From an uncultured Acidobacteriota bacterium (GTDB lineage: Bacteria > Acidobacteriota > Thermoanaerobaculia > Gp7-AA8): a stretch of DNA of 64,000 nucleotides. Both the position numbers and the translations under genes were made by a program. The notes beneath the pieces were generated by a model. That model made no database searches and was not told the origin of the DNA. It worked only from the letters and a program-made list of their open reading frames with translations. Shown here one piece after another: positions 59,600 to 64,000 of the stretch (within the stretch, counting starts at the first letter, position 1; every line of letters starts with the position of its first letter). The DNA is taken from positions 128,001-192,000 of the forward strand of contig CAVUKB010000005.1 of NCBI GenBank assembly GCA_963741955.1, written 5' to 3'.

Positions 59600-60625
59600 G
59601 TGCTCGACGTCGCGTTGGACCAGGTCGCCTTCTGCTACCGGGACGCATCAGTCCCCCTCGAGATCACCACACGCTTTCCTGCCGACTCCCGAACGGCTCT
59701 CCTCGGCGCCGGCGGCTCGGGCAAGACGACCCTTCTCCGCCTGATCGAAGGATCGCTCCGCCCCGACTCCGGAACGATCCGCATCGGGGCCCATGACGTC
59801 TCCAGGATGCGGCCGGCGCAACGTCCGGTCACCAGCATCGGTCTCGCCGCGCCTCTTCCCGCTCGCTGGTCTGTTTCGCACTTCCTCGTCGCGGCGCTCC
59901 GCCGGACGAAACTCGATCGCGCCGACCGCCTCGAGGAAATGACGCGCCTGGTGAACGAGTGGGGACTCGAGCCGTTCGCCGGACGGCGGATCGCGACGCT
60001 CTCCCGGGTCGAACATCTTCGGCTCGTCGGTGCGTGGCTCGAGCTCCTTCGCCCTCCGATCGTGGTTTGGGACGCATCAGGTTCAACCGCACCGCCGGAC
60101 GCGAGGCGACTCACCGAGCGAATCCACTCGAACTTCCGTGCTCACGGGACGACGGCCGTCGCTGCAGTCGGGACGATCGAGGATGCGGGATGGTTCGATC
60201 GCGTGGTCGTCCTCGATCACGGCAGAATCGTCGCCGGCGGTCCTCCACGGACGATCTACTCGGGGGCTGAGACGAGAGCCGGAGCCGAGGCGGTCGGAGA
60301 TCTCAACATCATTCCGGTGCATGTACGCGGCTCGCTGGTCCGCTCCCCGATCGCGGAGTGGGAATTGCCGGATGCTCCGTTTCAGGGAGACGGGACGGCA
60401 TGGGCGCGGCCCGAAGATTTCACGCTCGCCGCACCGGGTGAGGAGTCGGACTTTTTTCTTCCGGTGGAGGAAGCCAGGTTCGTCGGCGGCCGCTGGCTCG
60501 TCTCCGGGATGCTCAGCGGCGGGATCACACTGAGGGTCTTCCTTCCGTACGATACGCGCCTGGAGAAGGGACGCCTGCTCGCTCTCCGCTGTGCAGTCGA
60601 ACGTTTCCGTCTGGTTCCGGGCTGA
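59600..60625 (+). CDS. Degenerate PotA/CysA-like ABC ATPase with TOBE-like tail
   Basis: Walker A GAGGSGKTT intact; signature reads LSRVE, Walker B IVVWDA; RPED motif. Confidence 0.7.
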   Translation: MLDVALDQVAFCYRDASVPLEITTRFPADSRTALLGAGGSGKTTLLRLIEGSLRPDSGTIRIGAHDVSRMRPAQRPVTSIGLAAPLPARWSVSHFLVAALRRTKLDRADRLEEMTRLVNEWGLEPFAGRRIATLSRVEHLRLVGAWLELLRPPIVVWDASGSTAPPDARRLTERIHSNFRAHGTTAVAAVGTIEDAGWFDRVVVLDHGRIVAGGPPRTIYSGAETRAGAEAVGDLNIIPVHVRGSLVRSPIAEWELPDAPFQGDGTAWARPEDFTLAAPGEESDFFLPVEEARFVGGRWLVSGMLSGGITLRVFLPYDTRLEKGRLLALRCAVERFRLVPG

Positions 60626-60911
60626 CTCGGATCTTTTTTCCTCGAAGCGCCCCGATCGAGTTCCGCAGCAGAGAGAAATGCGGGCTGGAGGCGGATCACT
60701 TCGCGGGTCTGCATTCCGCAGGCGAACGCCACCGTCTCTGCCGAAAAGGTGGACGGGGACCTCTCCGCTGCGAATCTCTTGTTTCTGCCTCAAAAGTTAT
60801 TTAAAATCGAAGAAAGCCTGCCGGTGCAGCCGTCCTACCCTGCAGGGTATGTGACTTGCAGTGCCTCCGGGGCGTTCGCTACACTGAAAAACCCCGACAG
60901 GACGAGACAAA

Positions 60912-61319
60912 GTGCGCGTCAGAAGAGCCCGACAATCCCTTCGAAAGCTCCTCGTCATCGAGGACGACGCGAGACTGCTCGCATCGTACTGCGATCTTCT
61001 TTCTCCTTACGGATTTCACGTCCTCACCGCCCCCGATGGAGAGAGCGCGATCACCGTCGTCCAGGAGCATCCCGACATCCAGCTGGTGATCCTCGATCTG
61101 ATGATGCCGCGGATGGATGGCCGTGAATGGCTTCGCTGGTATCGCGCCCTGCAGCGCGAGTCTCCGGTCATTCTGGTGACGGGGTATGCGTCGACCGTCG
61201 ATCCGGAAGAAATGGGACTGGCTGCGGTACTTCAAAAGCCATTTCACGTGGCCGAGCTGCTCGACCTGGTGGGCCTCTTCTGCGGTCTCGGAACACCCGC
61301 AGCGTCGATCATGATCTGA
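60912..61319 (+). CDS. Stand-alone response regulator receiver
   Basis: IEDD, LDLMMPRMDG, VTG, QKPF. Confidence 0.85.
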   Translation: MRVRRARQSLRKLLVIEDDARLLASYCDLLSPYGFHVLTAPDGESAITVVQEHPDIQLVILDLMMPRMDGREWLRWYRALQRESPVILVTGYASTVDPEEMGLAAVLQKPFHVAELLDLVGLFCGLGTPAASIMI

Positions 61320-61343
61320 TTCCGCAGGGCGACGCCGTAAACC

Positions 61344-62189
61344 TCAGATGCCGAGCGCCGTCACTGCGTTCTCGACTTCCTCGATCACGTAGTCCGGAGT
61401 CGATGCACCCGCGGTCACCCCGATCCCCCTAGCCCCTTCGAACCAGGCTCGATCGAGATCGTCCGCTCCCTGGATCAGGTACGATGGCTTCCGTTCCCGG
61501 CAGATCTCCCACAGGTGCTTCGTATTGGCACTCTGCCGCCCGCCGATCACCAGAATCAGGTCGATCTCCGGATCGGCTGCGAGCTTCCGGGCCGCCTCCT
61601 GATTCTCCTTCGTCGCGTAGCAGATCGTATCCGCCCGTTCCACCTGCCGCACCGCGTCGATCGTCCGCACCACGTCCTCGTAGTCCTCCGCGTTGAGCGT
61701 GGTCTGGTAGAAGACCTTGAGCTTCGGGTACTGCTTCCAGTCCACGGCGTGCGCCCCTTCGACGGTGGAGACGATGTGGTAGAGCTCCGGATTGAGATCG
61801 CCGGTGTAGCCGATCACCTCGCGATGCTCGGGATCACCGATGAAGATGAGATGGTAACCCTCGTCCAGTGCCTTCTTCGACTCGCGATGGATGTCGTAGA
61901 CGAACTTGCAGGTGGTGTCGAGGATCTCCAGTCCGCGCTTCCGCGCGTTCTCGTGAAACGAGCCCGGCACGCCGTGCGCCGAGAAGACGATGGTCGGCTC
62001 CTCGATCTCATCCAGCTCCTCGACGGTCCGCACACCGAGTGCTTCCATCTCCTGCACCACCCGCTCGTTGTGAACGACCTGTCCGAGGATTGCCCCGGTA
62101 CCACCCTTTCCAACGAAACGCTTGACCTTCATGTCGGCAATGCGAACGCCGGAACAGAACCCGTACTTTTCCGCTCTCTTGATGATCAT
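61344..62189 (-). CDS. ispH: 4-hydroxy-3-methylbut-2-enyl diphosphate reductase
   Basis: GFCSGV, VHN, SAHG, DTTC, TICYAT, SANT, TAGASTP. Confidence 0.96.
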   Translation of the reverse strand: MIIKRAEKYGFCSGVRIADMKVKRFVGKGGTGAILGQVVHNERVVQEMEALGVRTVEELDEIEEPTIVFSAHGVPGSFHENARKRGLEILDTTCKFVYDIHRESKKALDEGYHLIFIGDPEHREVIGYTGDLNPELYHIVSTVEGAHAVDWKQYPKLKVFYQTTLNAEDYEDVVRTIDAVRQVERADTICYATKENQEAARKLAADPEIDLILVIGGRQSANTKHLWEICRERKPSYLIQGADDLDRAWFEGARGIGVTAGASTPDYVIEEVENAVTALGI

Positions 62190-62336
62190 CGTTGCTCTGA
62201 ACAGCCTCCCGCGGCGAAGCATTCTACAACGCCCCCGTGAGCCCCCGATCGGCGCTTTCCGCCGGTCCGAGCGTTCCATTCGGATTCCCGGAGCGGCCGC
62301 GCCGGCTCGCATCCGACGTGTCTGGGCCAGCAACCA

Positions 62337-62440
62337 GACGAAGGCATAGGGGTGAGTATGTTGAGGAGCCGAAGCTGTGCGCAACGCAGGAGACAGGCCG
62401 CTATCCGTCTCCGCAGCAGAGACGGCGGGGAAAATGCGGG
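62337..62440 (-). repeat. Partial degenerate copy of family A element
   Basis: Reverse complement aligns by eye to 47226..47329; ends AAATGCGGG followed by CTAG. Confidence 0.8.
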
Positions 62441-62453
62441 CTAGAATCCGCCC

Positions 62454-63650
62454 GTGAAACGCGCTTCCCTCACCTCCAGGCCCGAGCCGCTCTTCACCCC
62501 GGCGTTTCTTCTGATGTGCGGCTTCAACCTCGTCGCGTTCCTCTCCGCGTTCCAGCTGCTCCCCACCATTCCCTTCCGCATCCTCGCCCTCGGCGGAACG
62601 AGAGCCGAGGCGGGATGGTTCCTCGCCGTGTACACGTATGCGAGCGCGTTCTCGGCACCACTGACCGGTGCGATCGCGGACCGGATCGGCCGTCGCAGAG
62701 CGATCTTCATCTCCTGCAGTCTCTTCATCGTCTTCTCCGTCGCCTACGGTTTCGTCACCTCACTCGTTCCGCTCCTCGTCGTCGGCTGCATTCACGGAGT
62801 GGCGTGGTCGTCGATGCTCTCCTCCGGTGGAGCGATCATCAGCGAAGCGATCCCCGAGGGGCGGAGAACGGAAGGAATGGCGTACTACGGACTCGCGAGC
62901 ACCATCGCCGTCGCCATCGCGCCCTCCATCGGCCTCTTCGTTTACGGGTTCAGCTGGCTCGCGCTCTGCCTCGAAATGGCGGGTCTTTCGGCCGTGCTGC
63001 TTCTCGTCGCCACGCGCATCCCTCGCGAGATCCGTCTCCTCCATCGCGCTTCGTGGCATCCGCGCGAGCTCGTGATCTGGCGGGTGGTCCTCGTGGCGAT
63101 GGCGATGTTCGCGGTCTCGTTCGGCTACGGCGGCGTGACCAGCTTCGTCGCGCTTCTCTCGCAGGCCCGCAACATCCATCCCGAGTCGATCTTCTTCACC
63201 GTCTTCGCCATCGCGGTTCTCTTCACCCGCATCTTCACTTCGAGACTCGGCGACCGATTCGGCCCGGCGTATCTCCTCTATCCGACACTGGCGATGATTC
63301 CTCCCTCCCTGCTGATTCTCGCCCTCTCGCAATCGAGGACGGGAGTGATCCTCTCCGCCACGATCTTCGGAATCGGCTTCGGGAGTGCGTATCCGGCGTT
63401 CATCTCCTTCGTACTGGGGCGAACCGATCCCGCGCGCCGCGCGAGCGTCTTCGGGAGCGTGCTTTGGGCATTCGACACCGGAATCGGTACCGGATCGGTC
63501 GTCACGGGATGGGTCGCCCAGGAATGGTCCTTCGGCGCGGCGTTCATCGTCGCAGCGTGCTTCTCCACGCTGTCGATCCCGATCTTCGCCGCTACGTCGA
63601 GGCTGCTGGGACGAGAGGATCAAGACGTCAGCGGTCCGCGAACGGGCTAG
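62454..63650 (+). CDS. MFS transporter
   Basis: About 12 TM; motif A GAIADRIGRR and LGDRFG. Confidence 0.92.
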   Translation: MKRASLTSRPEPLFTPAFLLMCGFNLVAFLSAFQLLPTIPFRILALGGTRAEAGWFLAVYTYASAFSAPLTGAIADRIGRRRAIFISCSLFIVFSVAYGFVTSLVPLLVVGCIHGVAWSSMLSSGGAIISEAIPEGRRTEGMAYYGLASTIAVAIAPSIGLFVYGFSWLALCLEMAGLSAVLLLVATRIPREIRLLHRASWHPRELVIWRVVLVAMAMFAVSFGYGGVTSFVALLSQARNIHPESIFFTVFAIAVLFTRIFTSRLGDRFGPAYLLYPTLAMIPPSLLILALSQSRTGVILSATIFGIGFGSAYPAFISFVLGRTDPARRASVFGSVLWAFDTGIGTGSVVTGWVAQEWSFGAAFIVAACFSTLSIPIFAATSRLLGREDQDVSGPRTG

Positions 63651-63809
63651 GAGTCTGCGCGGTAGAAACTGTCTTACTGCGAAAGCGGATCAACGGTCCA
63701 AATCCGCCCGGATTTTCGGCGAGTAGCCACCGCTACGCACCTCAAATCCGAACGAATTTGGCCTCGCTGCTCCGCTTTCTCGCTACGGACGTTTCTACCG
63801 CGCAGACTC
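63651..63809. mobile_element. MITE-like element, family B (intact copy)
   Basis: Perfect 19-bp terminal inverted repeats GAGTCTGCGCGGTAGAAAC; CTAG on both flanks. Confidence 0.85.
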
Positions 63810-63820
63810 CTAGCCCGATG

Positions 63821-64000
63821 TCAGATCCGGACCACACCCGCCTTCTGGAAAATTTTCGCCTCGATGAAGAGATCCACCAGCGAGGGATCGAGGAGCCCGT
63901 CCGCCATTTCCATCCGGAGGATGTCGAGCGCTCGCTCCGTCGGGACTGCCTTCTTGTACGGGCGGTCGTTCGCGGTGAGCGCGTCATAGATGTCCGAAAC
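63821..64000 (-). CDS. HD-GYP phosphodiesterase, C-terminal fragment (cut by window edge)
   Basis: Own translation [45 protein letters not shown]...; DxxDAL..RPYK motif. Confidence 0.85.
   Translation of the reverse strand, partial: VSDIYDALTANDRPYKKAVPTERALDILRMEMADGLLDPSLVDLFIEAKIFQKAGVVRI

Overview
GC-rich bacterial chromosomal window of about 63 CDS, almost all housekeeping. Gene content and order (fused LptC-LptA and LptF-LptG, lptB-rpoN-hpf-hprK-rapZ-PTS cluster, SpoIVB-like peptidase plus propeller pair) suggest Acidobacteriota, possibly Thermoanaerobaculia; this is an inference. Contents: LPS/envelope genes (lpxB, msbA, lpt, kdsD, lolA, envC-S41-yibQ), DNA repair/replication (nth, UDG, priA, recJ), CoA/lipid/isoprenoid genes (coaBC, coaD, accA, two prenyl synthases, ispH), an ATPase-less opp operon, tRNA-Phe and an ECF sigma module. 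No integrase, transposase, prophage or CRISPR array was seen. Main non-routine signals: (1) a XerCD dif site about 160 bp behind a parA-parB pair, with a 4x9-bp palindromic repeat array between them and an apparent switch in KOPS polarity; (2) a c-di-AMP (ydaO/yuaA) aptamer with its own promoter and terminator but no sense gene downstream, facing a convergent prenyl synthase; (3) a chemoreceptor with a complete family-5 solute-binding protein fused on its predicted cytoplasmic C-terminus; (4) two MITE/ERIC-like repeat families that abut at one locus and bracket an MFS gene at another; (5) apparent pseudoenzymes (S41 protease without its catalytic Ser, degenerate ABC ATPase); (6) many apparently leaderless genes. 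All calls are from motif reading by eye; no searches were run.
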